Positions 1 through 16,652 of a DNA stretch of 64,000 bases are shown one piece after another; the first letter of the stretch is position 1, and the number at the start of each line of letters is the position of its first letter. The DNA is from Chrysomallon squamiferum. Taxonomy: Eukaryota; Animalia; Mollusca. The stretch is from assembly GCA_012295275.1 (NCBI GenBank), contig CM022666.1, positions 14,508,001 to 14,572,000 on the forward strand, in the 5' to 3' direction. A model generated the notes under the pieces. That model saw only the letters and a list, made by a program, of their open reading frames with translations. It did no database searches and had not been told where the DNA came from. A program made the position numbers and the translations under genes.

Positions 1-82
1 TTTTTTCAGACAAAATTACACACCAGTGAAAAAACCCTCAATCAGCTCATTTCAGAATTCTCTAGATCAACTGACACTTTGA
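1..82 (+). pseudogene. ANKRD42: ANKRD42-like last exon, 3' part (copy 1, runs off window start)
   Basis: Near-identical to 33106-33187, the end of the VSDDEY...FFRQNY last-exon copy. Stop TGA at 80-82. Confidence 0.6.
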
Positions 83-546
83 ACTCTTAACAATGACAGT
101 TTTTATACAGTTGATATCTTTGTATTCACTCAATAATGAAGTATTTTGAGTTAAGTGGATTCTCAGTCTGAAATAAAACATCAGAAAGATACTGTTAAAT
201 CTGTTGTTGTTGTTGTTTGTTTCTTCCTTAATATTAACAGCTAAAATATGTAATATTGATATAATTTATATAAAATAATGAAATATAGATAGTATGTAAT
301 TTATATAAAAGAATGAAATATAGATAGTATGTAATTTATACTTTTCTTTTAATTATAAAGTTTTTATTTCATTTCGTTTTGTTAGCCAAAAAATTCATTT
401 AGAATTTCAAATATTATTTCAAACATTCGTATATTACAAATCTGAACTAGAAAGGAAATTGTATAAATTTATATATTCTGCTTTAGTTTATTTTGCATTA
501 AATGATTATTTATTTATTTATGTAATTATTTATTAAAAATGTAGAG

Positions 547-579
<33 letters not shown>

Positions 580-609
580 TAACCAATTTTTTAGATAATT
601 ATCATAATT

Positions 610-843
610 ACTGCCATGTAGGTTGGTACTGAAGTTATTTCCCTTAGACCACATTTAGAAAACGGTGTAACAGGTGAACATGCATTTGTGTACTGGGAGA
701 CACAGAGAAGAGTATATATTGCGAGCAGGGCCTCTAGATAATAATAGTTTATTCCAGTGAGAAAAACACAACAACAACAAGAAAAAAGAAAACACACACA
801 CACCCAAAAAAAAAAAAAATAATAAAAAAAAAATAATTTAAAG

Positions 844-877
<34 letters not shown>

Positions 878-1150
878 TAAAAAAAAAAATTCCTGTTTTA
901 AATAAAAAAATAAAAAAATAATAATAATAAAAGTAAATAAACCCAATGTATATATGATTATTAAAATTAAAGCCATGTAGGCTAGAATTGGAGTTATTTC
1001 CCTTGGACCACATTCAGAAAACGGTTTTAACAGGTAAACATGTATTTGTGTACTCAGAGACACACAGAAGAGTATATATTGTGAGCAGGGCCTCCAAGAG
1101 AAATTTTTCAACGCGGTACAAGACCCTTTCTCAGGCACCGAGACAGGCAA
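610..1150 (+). repeat. Two tandem copies of a dispersed repeat with a GAGTTATTTCCCTT core (also 33710-34250, about 42160-42240, inverted at about 44350 and 63800)
   Basis: Recurrent AGTTATTTCCCTT(A/G)GACCACATT(T/C)AGAAAAC next to AT-rich simple repeats. Probably a non-autonomous TE; class not determined. Confidence 0.6.
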
Positions 1151-1739
1151 AGATTTTTCTCAAAACTGAGGATTTGATGTCCAGTAAATCTACTTGTAAA
1201 CTCTCATTAATGCTTTAGTTTCATGATCTGATATAACATAATGTATCAAACATATTCAGTTAATGAAGAAACATAAATCAGTATTTACAGTTACATTCAC
1301 CAGTCTCCTTTTAGTTTTTTTCACAGTGAAAAGTGTATGAAAATGCAACATGATAAAAGAAAAGTGTGAATTTATTTTATTTTATTTTACTTTATTTTAT
1401 TTATTTACTTTCAAAATTAAGTCTATTTTAATCAGTTTTATTTAGTAGTGGTAGTAGTAGTAGGAGTAGTAGTAGTAGTAGTAGTAGAAGTAGCAGAAGT
1501 AGTCACAGTAGTAATAAATAAAAAGCGAACAAATTAAAATTCAATAAAATTAAGACAAATAAAAGTACGCAAAGAAAAAGTAGATAAAAAGAAAAAAATG
1601 GAAAAAGGAATAAAAAAACAAATAATAAATAACTATTAAAATAAAATAAAAATAAAAGAAAGGAAAAAGAATGAAATGCAAAGGAAAACAACAACAACAA
1701 ATAAATCAATCAATAAATTAATAATAATAAATAAATAAA

Positions 1740-1899
1740 TAAAATATCAAACTAAAGAATACTGAATATATGACATCAAACAAGGAAATAGGCAAACAGA
1801 AGTACTGGCAGATAGATAAATAAATAAACATTTTGTAGAAACATTTATAATTTAACTGTAATTAAATCAGCTTTGAACTAGCTCTCTCTTTTTCTCTCT

Positions 1900-1944
<45 letters not shown>

Positions 1945-2400
1945 AAATGAAAAGAGAAGATTGAAGAAAAAAAAGAAACAAATGTAAAGAAAAACAAAAT
2001 AAGCCTGAATGACAGATACAGGAAAGAATGAAGAAGTTAAAATCAAATAAATAAACAAAATAAAAAATATAATAATAAATATAAAACTAAGGAAAGAAAC
2101 AAAGAAGGAATGAATGAAAAATAACACAGCAATCATTTTTCTATATAAACATTATACACATTTAGCAGTAAAAACAAAAATCAGTTTTTAGAATATCACA
2201 TTTATTACTTTTTTCTTTTTTTAAATCAATCAATATCCACAGATTTCACAAAACATTACTATTGTCATAATTTACTGCAGTAACAATAAATATATGAAAT
2301 ATGAGATCAACAATTCATTTTAATAAAAACTATGTAAATTCTAGTCTCCTTTCACTCATTATTTAAATGAAATCACAGTTTAAGTGTTTAAAATAAAAAC
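1740..2400 (-). repeat. Inverted copy of the TRIM downstream region 26770-27575 (another copy at about 34870-35560)
   Basis: The reverse complement matches, e.g. ACACTTAAACTGTGATTTCATTTAAATAATGA at about 26785 vs 2357-2388, and the CA tract followed by AGCTAGTTCAAAGCTG. Confidence 0.9.
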
Positions 2401-2552
2401 TAATTAAAGGGAGATAACTGATTCGATTCAAAGCAAGCATACAGGGGTATTGCAGCCATTAATATGGAGCTGAGACCACTAATTCACAAATAAAATAAAA
2501 CAACAATAACAAAAATAAATAAATAAATAAATAAATGAAGAGAAAAGTAACT

Positions 2553-2604
<52 letters not shown>

Positions 2605-2627
2605 TTGTTGTTGTTGTTGTTGTTGTT

Positions 2628-3560
2628 ATTTTCATTTTATGTGTTAAGATTCTTGAAATCTTGGTAGTAAATAACAAAGATCTACATGGGATTGAGATAA
2701 ACGGTAAAGAATTTAAATTTCAAGAGTTTGCCTCACTGTTTGGTCTTAAAGTTAACACAAGGAAATCTAAAATTGTAAAATTAGGCAAAGACCGTAATGA
2801 AGAGCCCGATCAAATAGCTAGAAAAACACAAATTCAGAATTATTCAAATCCATTTAGTAATAAAATATAACTTTTGACCACTAGTTACAGTTTACAATGG
2901 CTCTCTGTTAATAATGATAAAAATATTATAAATTGTCTTTACATACTGATCAAGAAACAGTACAAATACCAGAAATTCCTAACTGTTCAGAAGAACAGCT
3001 TAAAATAAATGTTTGTAAAAAAAAATCCACAATTACTGTATAACAGAAACTACTTGAAAACATGAAATAAAAGCGCAAAAATAAAACGGCAGTGTTTTTT
3101 TGGTTTAGAATTCTGTGACAAATGGAGGAAAAGTGTGTATCTTCTTGCGTTCAAGCTAACTACAGACACAGGACTTAGATATTTTCAGCAGAATATTTGT
3201 ATAGAACAGTGTGAGAAATGGAGGAAAAGTGTGTATCTTCTTGTGTTCAAGCTAACTACAGACACAGGACTTAGATATTTTCAGCAGAATATTTGTATAG
3301 AACAGTGTGACAAATGGAGGAAAAGTGTGTAACTTCTTGTGTTCAAGCTAACTACAGACACAGGACTTAGATATTTTCAGCAGAATATTTGTATAGAACA
3401 GTGTGAGAAATGGAGGAAAAGTGTGTATCTTCTTGCGTTCAAGCTAACTACAGACACAGGACTTAGATATTTTCAGCAGAATATTTTGTTATTTATCTTA
3501 GCAACAACTAAGCATTTGGTATTATATGGTATAAAAGATTGATATAAATGTCAATATTTT
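2628..3560 (+). mobile_element. Degraded non-LTR retrotransposon (L1/Tx1-like ORF2) fragment
   Basis: FILCVKILEILVVNNKDLHGIEINGKEFK...FGLKVNTRKSKIV is an RT region with the YADD segment deleted. FKLTTDTGLRYFQQNILLFILATTKHLVLYGIKD is a C-terminal zf-RVT-like region. Confidence 0.75.
3114..3487. repeat. 96-bp tandem repeat, about 4 units, inside the LINE relic
   Basis: AATGGAGGAAAAGTGTG recurs at 3121, 3217, 3313 and 3409. Confidence 0.95.
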
Positions 3561-3598
3561 CATATGCTTACTGAAGATTTAAGCACATATTCTGTGGT

Positions 3599-3687
<89 letters not shown>

Positions 3688-3780
3688 TAAATAAATAAAT
3701 AAATAATAATAAAATAATAATAATGCAGTAAGGCCAATTTAGGATCCTCCAGACACACTTCTGCAACAAAACATTGTACA

Positions 3781-4204
<424 letters not shown>

Positions 4205-4328
4205 AATTGTTACCTCTTTGAAGTCATGCAAAAGGTAGCGGTCTCCAATACAAATATCATACAATTTGTGTTGCTTTACTGAACAAGTTGACAATATAGC
4301 TGTGTATATTTTATTTTTCTGTTGTTAG

Positions 4329-4530
4329 TACTGGAACCTCCATGTTGACCTTTTCAGTCAGAACTCATTTATTGTTTTATTAAAGGCTTTCCTAATCATG
4401 GGAAGGTGCAGCTAAAAGATGACTTCTTGCTAATCAGTGAGAGTAGTTCTCTCAGTAACACAGTTCATGTTGCTAATATCATCATCCAGAAAGAACTTGT
4501 ATATCTTACATTAATAACCTTTAGTATAAA
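4329..4530 (+). pseudogene. Isolated coding-like exon relic, possibly FANCE C-terminal domain-like (second copy about 37026-37227)
   Basis: Follows acceptor TTGTTAG|. Reads LEPPC*PFQSELIYCFIKGFPNHGKVQLKDDFLLISESSSLSNTVHVANIIIQKELVYLTLITFSIK, resembling recalled FANCE (GPAQTELLCCLVK...[21 protein letters not shown]). One stop. Confidence 0.35.
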
Positions 4531-4763
4531 GTAATAAGAATTAATAAATAAAAAAATAGAAACAACCAAAATATATATATTTATTTTTTTTTTTTTTTTA
4601 GTAAAAGGACAATGAAATTAAAATGAAACTGCAATAATGCAATAAATTATCATAACACTTAAAAGAGGGAAATATAAGAAAAAGAAATGAAATTCATGAA
4701 AAATAATATAAAAAGTACTTGTTTTAAAATATTAATAAAACCCAGGTAATGGTATATAAAAGT

Positions 4764-5089
4764 AGTGTAAGTTTATGTGAAAATAAAGTGAAATATAAAA
4801 CATTAATATCCTACTTATCTGTACAAACACAGTGTGAGTTTATGTGAAAATAAAGTGAAATATAAAACATTAATATCCTACTTATCTGTATAAACACAGT
4901 GTAAGTTTATGTGAAAATAAAGTGAAATATAAAACATTAATATTCTACTTATCTGTATAAACACAGTGTGAGTTCATGTGAAAATAAAGTGAAATATAAA
5001 ACATTAATATTCTACTTATCTGTACAAACACAGTGTGAGTTCATGTGAAAATAAAGTCAAAGATAAAACATTAATATTCTACTTATCTG
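4764..5089. repeat. 67-bp minisatellite, about 5 units
   Basis: Units start at 4764, 4831, 4898, 4965 and 5032. Confidence 0.95.
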
Positions 5090-5654
5090 CGTAAAGAAAA
5101 ACCTGAAAGTTTCACAGCACACAACAGACAAATATCTTGTTGTGTGAAGATGATAGATAAATTTGCTGTCTTCTTTTTTTCTTTGTTCTTTTTTTCTTTG
5201 TTCACTTATTCTCAAAATAGCTCTGCTTTTGAATATGCAGAAATTAGCTTGTTCCTGACACCAAAGTAAAACTGACATTAGAGCCACATTTTCATTTAAA
5301 GTCTATTTCTCTTTTTTGTGATAATAGTTAAAATATTTTATATGCTTCAAATTTATTGATTTTCCATTATTTTATTTTATTTCTTCTTATTATTTTTTGT
5401 TAATAAAGTATGATAATAAAATAATAAACTAATGAAGCTGAAAATGTTTGATTACATGATTTTTTACACATTTTGACACACTGAGGCTGCAGATACAGTG
5501 CAGTGATATACTCAGTCTTTTAGGATTTATTTTGTTTACATATTTTTATTTTATTATTTATTTATTTATTTATTTTCATTTTGGTCATCTGTTTTAGCTT
5601 AACTGATTTGATCTGATATATATTTTTTTATTTATTCATTTATTTCAGTTCAGT

Positions 5655-5689
<35 letters not shown>

Positions 5690-6436
5690 TAAAAGAATAA
5701 AAGATTTTCCTGTCATTGACTTGTCCAGTATAATTTTTCCAGAATATATTTCACTCATTTAGCAAAACCACTTAATATAATTAACTAAATGTCCTTTTTA
5801 CAGGATGTGTCTTGTTTTTATTTTTATTTTGAAATTTCTACAAACTTGGATACTGTATATATTGCATGCATGACTGAAGAAGTTTGGTATGTCCTTTCCT
5901 GTCTGTTTCAAAGTTAGATGTAAAACATTTATTGTTTTCTTTAGTAGTTGGAGATGTATGGTTTAATTAGCAAGTTGATAATCATGTAATATTTATGAAA
6001 ATGAGTTAACATGTCAGATCACTGTATTCAAGAAATAGACAAATTGTTGAAGAATTCTCTAAAATGTAATATTTTAAGATATTTAACAGATACTTTTTTT
6101 TTACAGTATTATCCAAGGATATCATTACTTATTTGTTATTCATCTGTTACCACAGAATTTCATGTTTCATCAAATGAATTACTCAATGAATATGTAAGGT
6201 GTAGTGGAATTGAACCATCACAGAGAAAATCTGATTTTTTTTTTTGCTGTATCCACTGAATTTGGATATTCTCACACTGTTTATGATGGGTGTGTTTTAC
6301 CTTAGTGGTGGATGTTCTGTAGTTCAGTGTTGGGTATATTATAGTTTGTTTGTAGGTGTAGAGCAGTTTCATGATTGGTGTACAGAAAATGTATGGCACA
6401 ACTCCACAAATATTAATTGTTTTATGATGTTTTCAG

Positions 6437-8078
<1,642 letters not shown>

Positions 8079-9462
8079 AAGTGAGGTAACTCGTCTGTGA
8101 AATAGACAAATATGTTAAGTAACAGAGTACTGTCCCTTTATGACGAATTGATATGTCTAGCAAGACGGATTTTGAAAACATGTTTAAAGAAACTTTGTTC
8201 AGGTTTACAATGACAACAAAAGAGTCTCTGAACTGAAGTAAGAATACGAAAATTATCTGAGTTACTCGAAGTCTCACAAAGGTCAGGTTCCTCATGATTA
8301 CTTTCTGCTTTTGTGCTTGAATGCAGTGACAGTGAGATATATATAGTAACTGTCAAGGGTGGAATTTGAAAGTAAAATGTTCTAGCAGCCAGTCTGAAGT
8401 ATGCGCTACGGATATATATTCAACTCTCATGATGTCTGCATTGAGATTTTTTTTATCAAAAAGTATCTGCATTAGAATTAAATTATAAATATAAAATACT
8501 TTTTATAATTTCAGTTGTGTCAAATAAAAATAGTAAGGAACATTATGCCTACTATTTCTCGTATAAAAATAACACCTGCATTTTTGTCAAAATATTTTTG
8601 AATCCTAGATTTAATTAAAATGCACGGAAATATAGGTAATATTTGCTTAAGGAATTTATTGAAGTAGGACTCTGAATTTTGTCTAATTACCATCAGCAAC
8701 ACATTTGATTTTTTATGTTAAAAACATATACTTCTTTTTCTTTTCTTTGCTGACATATTGTTGTTATTATTGTTGTTATTTTTTCTCTTTTAAGTGAGTT
8801 CAAGAATCTGTCGAGGTTTATGTTATAATTACACAAAGTTAAGTAATTTTGCTTTAGCTAATTGTGTAATTTTATTTTTCTCCTTACACTAAATGAAATA
8901 CATACAACGTATCAGTGAATGTGTTGACAATGCCTAACGCAATAAATGTATCTGTGAAATTAGTTCAGAACGTTCACGTGTTTTGGAGTTGACCTGAAAA
9001 CCAGTTTGTGTAGATAGTTGCTAAGTACAGTTGCTAGAAACAGTACGTGCAGTTAATCACATCGCATATGAAGTCTTCAGTTCTTTTATATTTTTTTTTT
9101 TTTACTGGAAAAATTAAATAATCTATAAAGAAAAATGTATTGTTTAACGTATTTTATTTATTAAAATCACTTTTGAAGAGATATACACTTTGTTAATATG
9201 AATGTGATTATTTTAAAATACAGTTGTAGAAAAGTGTTAAAAATTTTAAATAACAATTAAAAAAAAAATAATAATAATAATATAAATATAATTATTTATA
9301 CACAAAAATAAAATACTTTATTGTAAAGCCAAATTCAACATTAAGAACAGAAAAAAAGAGTTGAATTTGATGTTAGTGTAGACCAATCAATCTTTCTTTG
9401 TACCTGTCTGTGGATTTATCTCTCTTTCTGTCTGTCTAGATAAATAGATACAGAGAATTAGC

Positions 9463-9502
<40 letters not shown>

Positions 9503-9542
9503 CATAAAAAAATAAGAAGAGAAATTGTTGGGCCGAAGGGGG

Positions 9543-9584
<42 letters not shown>

Positions 9585-9839
9585 CAGAGAGAGAGAGAGA
9601 GAGAGAGAGGCACACACACATACATGTTCATAAATACACGCATATTCTTGTGCATGCACGTGTAAATTAGTTAATGAGTTATTCAAAGATGTTTAGATGT
9701 TTGCGTTTAAGCATGTTAATGTTCATTGTTTCTGTTAATCAAATCAGTACCACGATCAGACTGTCTGTATATTTCTGTTTCCGTTTGTCTGTTTGAATTT
9801 GCTTTAACGACATTTATTTCTTTATTTCTTATTATTGCC

Positions 9840-9859
<20 letters not shown>

Positions 9860-9881
<22 letters not shown>

Positions 9882-10552
9882 ATTATTATTATTAATTTTG
9901 TATTATTAGTAGGGTTTAGTTAATCCATTGGAGAAGATACTTATATGAATTTTAATTTTACAGTATCTTTATCTTTTAAGTATCATGCTTATTGCGATGC
10001 ATGCATATAAAACTGAGTACGGCAAATACCAGTGAACGAGAGATGTCACAGATTTCTACTTTTTCAAATATTTTAAAATCTACGGGTCATCGTCAACCTT
10101 CTATTTTTCAAAATCAAATTTTACAACAGACGTTCAGCTGGAGTTTCAAACAAAACTGGTGTAAACACTGATATGGACTTCTGATAACAGAACTTGACCT
10201 ATGCACCTGCTGATTAGTATTTCTGTCACATGATGCGACAAACGCCCACCTTGAAATACAAGTTTATTTTAGTTTTTAAACCTGAAGCACAATCTGTTTT
10301 CTTGTTGTTTGACACGTTCAGTATTTTCAGGTAAGATATTAAAGTTATTATTTATTCATTTTCTGTCAACTGATTTTAAAATTTGTTACAAAGTATATAT
10401 AGACAAAGTGAAATATGTTTTGCCATTTGTAAATTTATAGTCATCAATAACCTAGAAACAGTCGTATGTTTTATAGTATTTGTATCCGATGGAAAATGTT
10501 CAATACAAATCTGTTTTGGTGTTTTAACTCTTCTTTCTTTTCATTATTATTA

Positions 10553-10621
<69 letters not shown>

Positions 10622-11160
10622 GTAAATCAATATCACTATTGAGATAGTGTCTTGGTTAGTAATTTTTGTGTTATTAGTATTGTTTAGGTACTGGAGAAGA
10701 TAGTTAAATGAATTTAAATCATACAAGATTTATTTATTTTAAGTATCATGCTCAGTGAGACGCACGGAGATAATACTGAATAAGGAAAATATCAATCAAT
10801 CACAGATTTCCACTTTTTCAAATATTTTAAAATCTACACGTCATCGTGAACCTCTTATTTTTCAAAGATCAAATTAATCAAATTTAGCAGTATTCGCAAC
10901 AGACGCTCAGGTACAGTTTCAAATAAAAGTTAATGTAAACACTGATGTGCACTTCTGATAACTTATGTTGATCTTCTGTGTAACTGCTGATTAAGTTTTG
11001 TGTCACGTGCTGAGAGAAACGCCTACCACGGGATACAAGTTTATTTTAGTTTTAAACCTGATGAACGATTAGTTTTCTTGTTGTTTGACTTGTTCAGTAT
11101 TTTCAGGTAAGATATTAAAGTTATTATTTATTCATTTTCTGTCAACTGATTTTAAAATTT
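9860..11160 (+). repeat. Local tandem duplication (about 770-bp offset); each unit ends in a CAG|GTAAGA donor (10331 and 11107), candidate non-coding first exons
   Basis: 10030-10385 aligns with 10800-11160. The donor context is identical in both. An AAACGCCCACC Sp/KLF-like motif lies upstream in the first unit. Confidence 0.55.
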
Positions 11161-12274
11161 ATGAAAAACGTACCATGGCTATATAAATGGAAACTAAACA
11201 AGAACTATTTAGATGATTAATGTTTTCTGTTTAATCGTGCAAATTGCACTTATAATCTGTATTTTTCTTAAGATAACAATTTTCAGTGGAAATTGATTGT
11301 TAGTCTCATGTTTTCCACTTAACCAAAGTAAGTTTTCTTAGTCTGTAGCTCTTAGTCTGTGTCTGATGCTGCTGGGTCGGTGGCTAAGGTCAGTCAGGTG
11401 ATTTATGTTTTCACTGTCTGAGTAAATCAACCATGTATCCCTGGCATGACTGTCTGGTGCTTATCTGCAGCAGCATGTCCCCCCCTTGGACTCGGTGGCG
11501 GGTGGGGGCGTGGTTGACGAACTTTAATTACTCAGTTATGAGACAGGGGAAGTGAATCAATGAAATCGTAGAATTACGAAGTGTGGTATTTTATTTTGGT
11601 TTAAGCCTGACATCTTAAAAATAATGATTTAAAAAATAAATAAATAAAAAGTTCTGAATATTGTTTAACAGTCAATAAAAAAGGTAAGGTTTAATTTAGT
11701 AGTGTTTGTTTATAATGAATGTTTCTGAAAAAACAAAATAATAATAATAATAAATAAATAAATTAATAAAAATAAAAAAGAGGAGAGTAGTGCTACGTGA
11801 GTTACAACAACGTAAGTTTGTATGTGCATTACAAAAAGATGTGTTACATGAATTACAAAAAACACGTATATGAATTTTAGAGTATTGTTTGCATATGTAT
11901 AGATGTTCGTCTATGTATGTATTCAGGTATGTATTACTGCGTATGTATTTAGTAATGAATATTCTGTTATATTAAGGACTTTAGATTAGACTCTGTCTTC
12001 ACATAGAGAATCATATACATACATATATTCGTGTATGTGTGTATAAACATATCAATACATACAAATACATACATATGTACGTACAAAAGCATCTATACTG
12101 ATACGCCTCATCTGTGTTTCACTTACGAGTGATGTGTTTATGCTTGCCCGCTTTCTTTTTTAACATACAGTTATCGTGAAATCTTCCAGAATTCATAGCG
12201 CGTAACAACCGGGTTATAATCTAAGTAAAGGCAGAGTTATTGTTCCTTTAAAATATGTATTTGAATTACGTTCA

Positions 12275-12307
<33 letters not shown>

Positions 12308-13582
12308 GTAGTAGTAGTAGTAGTAGTATTACTACGCTAATCATCATCATCATCACTATTACCATTATCATCATTATGAAAATAATTGTCAATAATATTA
12401 CCATCCTCATGTTTGCATTATCACTCAAAGTTTTCACTACAACAACGTTCTGATTTTTTTTTTTTTCATTTGTAGTGGAGTTTTTTTAATTGCATGAATA
12501 AGTGAATGAATATTCCCATAAACGTGAATAAAGAGTAAAACATTATATTCTGTGGTCCATTTCCCGTTATAGAAAGAGTTCCAGCACTGATTATTGAAAC
12601 TTTTAGTTTCCTGTCGATGAAACACTGTCATGAGGTGTTGGAAAACACAGGATCAAACCTCTACTGACTTCTTATTCAGCTAATTCCAGTTCTAACCAGA
12701 ATCCCGTGGCTGTATTATTACGAAAGTTTTGATGTTTTTTTCTTCATGGATCTATATATATATAGATATATTTAAGCAGATGGTTTCCTCTCACTTGTCG
12801 TCAGTATATGACAAGTTGATGTTACTGACAGTTTTCTGTAAAACGTGTTGAGGACTCTGCAGTCAAAGTGTACTGTTGTGATAGAAAGAGAAAGTCTAAA
12901 TATATTATGTTTACATCAAAGTTATGCGGCATTTGTGGTTGTGTCCAATCTTAATTGCAAAGTATGAGAACAAAAAAGTACAGCTAAGAAAACCTGTTCT
13001 GCATTTGTAACATTTTTTAGTTTTATTTATTTGTTTTTAATTTATTTTAATAGAGATACATTTTCAGTCCACCTCGCATTATTGTCTTGTACGTGATGAC
13101 GTCACAACACCAGTGCAGTGGCCTAAAACGGCTGCTTTCAAACGTTTCACATGTTTCACTGTTATACTTGTTATGAGTGATGACAGATGACACAAAATTA
13201 AATAATGGCTTGGGAGAGTGAAAAATTTTAACTGACCTTTTACTTGAAGCGCCGCAGATAAACACTTTTCAAACAATTAGAGACAGCTGCGTGTTTTTAA
13301 CAAATTATGACAAAATGCAGTATATTATTAATTCTTAATCCGAAATTAAATTTTCTATAAATAATTTCTTATTCATAAATCCTCCGAGATTATCGATAAA
13401 CGATTATTATTATCTACGAATAGAATACAGTTTTACCAGTTGTATATGCAATGAGTTCGCCCGTCTTACGAATTCTTTCCATTCTTACGTGCGTCTGTAA
13501 GTCTGGTAAGTAACGTAGAGTTTGTATCTCAGTCAAATATTTATCTACGTATACAATTATAATATAAATGTATTTATAACGG

Positions 13583-16500
13583 AACTTGACCTATGCACCT
13601 GCTGAGTAGGATTTGTGTCACATGCTGCGAGAAACGCCCACCTTAACATACAAGTTTTAGTTTAGTTTTAAACCTGAAGAACAATCTGTTTTGTCACGCG
13701 CTTCTGTTTTGTCACGTGTTGCGATCATGTGTCACGCGCTTCTGTTTCGCGAGAAAAGCCCACCAAGAAAATTGTGATAACTGTATTATTTTGTAACATA
13801 CAACAACTTTCTCTTACTTTTTACATACTCAGTGTTATTTATCGGGTTACACGTTAAGAAAACTTGTCATACAAAATTAACATGTAAAATATTTATCAAA
13901 TAAGGATATATAATATTTATTAGAACATGCCTGAAAATATGGAAGAAAATACAACCGGTAGAAAATATGTAATAGAATTTGCTGCTTTAGTCAAGAAAAA
14001 TCAGAAAGAAACCTTAGAAATAATTTTAAAAAAGTACAAAAGACCAAAAGTGTTAGTAATGTTACCACAGTAGTTAATAGAAATCGTATCAGGAGATCTA
14101 CGACAGCCAATTTGATCTTTATTATCTGGCACATGAAAGAAAATTTACTTTAACGGAAAGTTTTTAGTGGATAAAGAAGAAAAATCGTAGGAAAAATAAA
14201 CTTTATGTCTTCAGATCGAGGATGCAGGTGAATCGACCCATTGACCTATGACTTGTAAAATCACAAATAAACTTCACCTTGTAAATACCCGAGTAACCCG
14301 AGTAGCAGATTTTCCCAGCTTACAGTGTAATAATGGTGTAGCACGTTCAAAGACATTCACTGTAAGAAGCTGTTATTTGTATCGTCGCTAACAACAAAAC
14401 GTGCAATTCTTAAAGAGACTAAGGTGTATAAAATTTCTGAATCTAATCAGTTCATCAGAATATCAGACTCATAGGTAGACAAGGTGCCGAATAATCTGTT
14501 TAAAATGTGCTTAGTAATTGTATGTAGATAAATAGGGAGTTTCAGAGTCTCTCAAATTACTTTATAATGAAGTAAAAACTTAACACTTAGAAATAATGTA
14601 AATAAATAACTAATCAAACAAACAGATGAAACAAACAAATAAATTACTTAATAAAAGAAATACAGTAATAGAAATATTGTATTAGAAAACTGACTGTGAT
14701 AAATCTTGTTTTTAAATGTACATTCATATGTGCCCGAAATGAAACTATTTCAAATATGAATTAGATTTTTCAGTACGGAATTAGTTTATATAAAACTGAA
14801 GAACTTTTTGTAATAAAAAGTCGCACTCTTTACTACTGAGTCACTCGTATTTGACAATCCTTAAGTTTACAAAACCAATAAAAAGTTAAATCACTGATGT
14901 GAAAATTATTCAAACAGAGGTAATCACATTTTTATAACAGGGAAAGTATATAATAAAAATACACATACATATATACATTCATAGATATATACATAGACAA
15001 GAAAAATCACGTTGATATACATCGGCAAAACGACGTTACATTCAGAGGGGTTGGAGTTCATTGCAAGTCGCCTGTTTGCTTGAGTCGTACACCCAGTAAC
15101 TTGAACCCTGGACCAGTGACTTGCACAAACACAAACACATTTTACTTGTAAATAACATGTAACCCGAATTTATTCATTGCTTATTAATAAGACTTGCCAA
15201 ATAGTTTGTTCTTCTTTCAACAATTGTCCCTATACTGCAATGTGCAAATTTCCGAATGGATAAAAATTGAATTAAACTGAACCTTTAAACAATGTATGTA
15301 GTTGCTATACAAAGTTGTAATAAACCAATAATCACATCTCATCTGAGTCTCCTGTATACTATTTTAGTTCATTTATAATTTTATTATTTTCACAGTAACA
15401 AATTAAAACTATATGAAAGAAAAAAATAAAGAGAAATGAATTTGGTGAAATTAAAATATTATATCAATTTTGAAGAGATATTCAAATTCTCAACATGAAT
15501 TAGTTATTTGTTTGAAAACACTGTTAACCGCAATAGTACACATCAGTAATACAAAAAGACCAACTAGCTAACCAACTACCCAAACAATCAAAACAAAACA
15601 AACAAACAAACAAACAAACAAACAAACAAACAAACAGACAATCAAACAAAAACAAAAAAAAAAAGAAACAAAACAACCCAAGTCCAATAGTTTTATATTG
15701 TTAAGCCAAATTCAACAAATTCAACATAAGAATGGATAATTTTGATGTGTGTATAGACAGATCTACCTTTCTGTTTGTTTGTCTGTCTTTACATGCATCT
15801 ATCAAGCTGTCTTGATGTGGGTGTATACAGATCTACTTGTGTCAAATAGAGGTATAAGAAAACATTGCACCTGACATTTATCATATGAAGATATCAGTAC
15901 ATATTTTTTATTAATACATCGTTTATATTTAGATTTAATCAAAAAGCACTGAATATTATTGTCAGTATTGATTTAATAAATTAATTAAAGAATATACGAA
16001 ACTGTTATCCGGTTATCACGGTCAATACATTTTTATTTTATTTCATTTTCTTTCTTTCTTTCTTTCTTTTTACTTTCTTCATTTATTTATTTTTCAAAGT
16101 TAATTGTTAAAATAGAATTATTTCGTAAATTAAATTTTTCTTTCCTAAGTTAGTTCAAGAAACAGCCGAAGTTTAGCTCATATTTAATCAAAATTAATCT
16201 GTTATTTTTTCTTTCGCTCACTTCATTTTTATTTTGTTTTTCATCTTGTGCTACATCAAATACGTTCGTCTTGACGCTATTATTCCCGCGGTATCAGTGA
16301 ATGATTTGACACAGCCAAACAGAATAAATGTATTTGTAAACTGAATATACGACCACATAATATAGACAACAGTCGTTTTAAAACTGTTGTATGACACAAA
16401 GTATCTGTACAGAAACAAGTAATACAAGCTATAGATCTACTGTAAGATTCACGCCTTTTATATTTTCTATTTAACGTTTAAAAAATGATAAATATTTTCT

Positions 16501-16610
16501 ACTCAGCCAATAGAAATTATTTTTCCTTTTAATTTCATTGAAATCAGTTCATTGCGTTGATCTGTTTTAAAGCTGACATATTTGACAATACGTAAGACAT
16601 GAAACAGTTT
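13583..16610 (+). repeat. Segmental duplication block B1 (near-identical copy at about 54047-57040)
   Basis: Colinear for about 3 kb with few substitutions, at an offset of about 40.4 kb. Confidence 0.95.
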
Positions 16611-16652
16611 AAGGAGATTTGAGATTTCTGCAGTGTGTGACTATTTCTACAG

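Noticed and set aside
11370-11560. GC-rich patch as possible tRNA or SINE
   Set aside because: No convincing cloverleaf or A/B boxes, and single copy in the window.
13097-13104. CRE palindrome TGACGTCA (also 63612-63619)
   Set aside because: An 8-mer with no supporting context, which could occur by chance.
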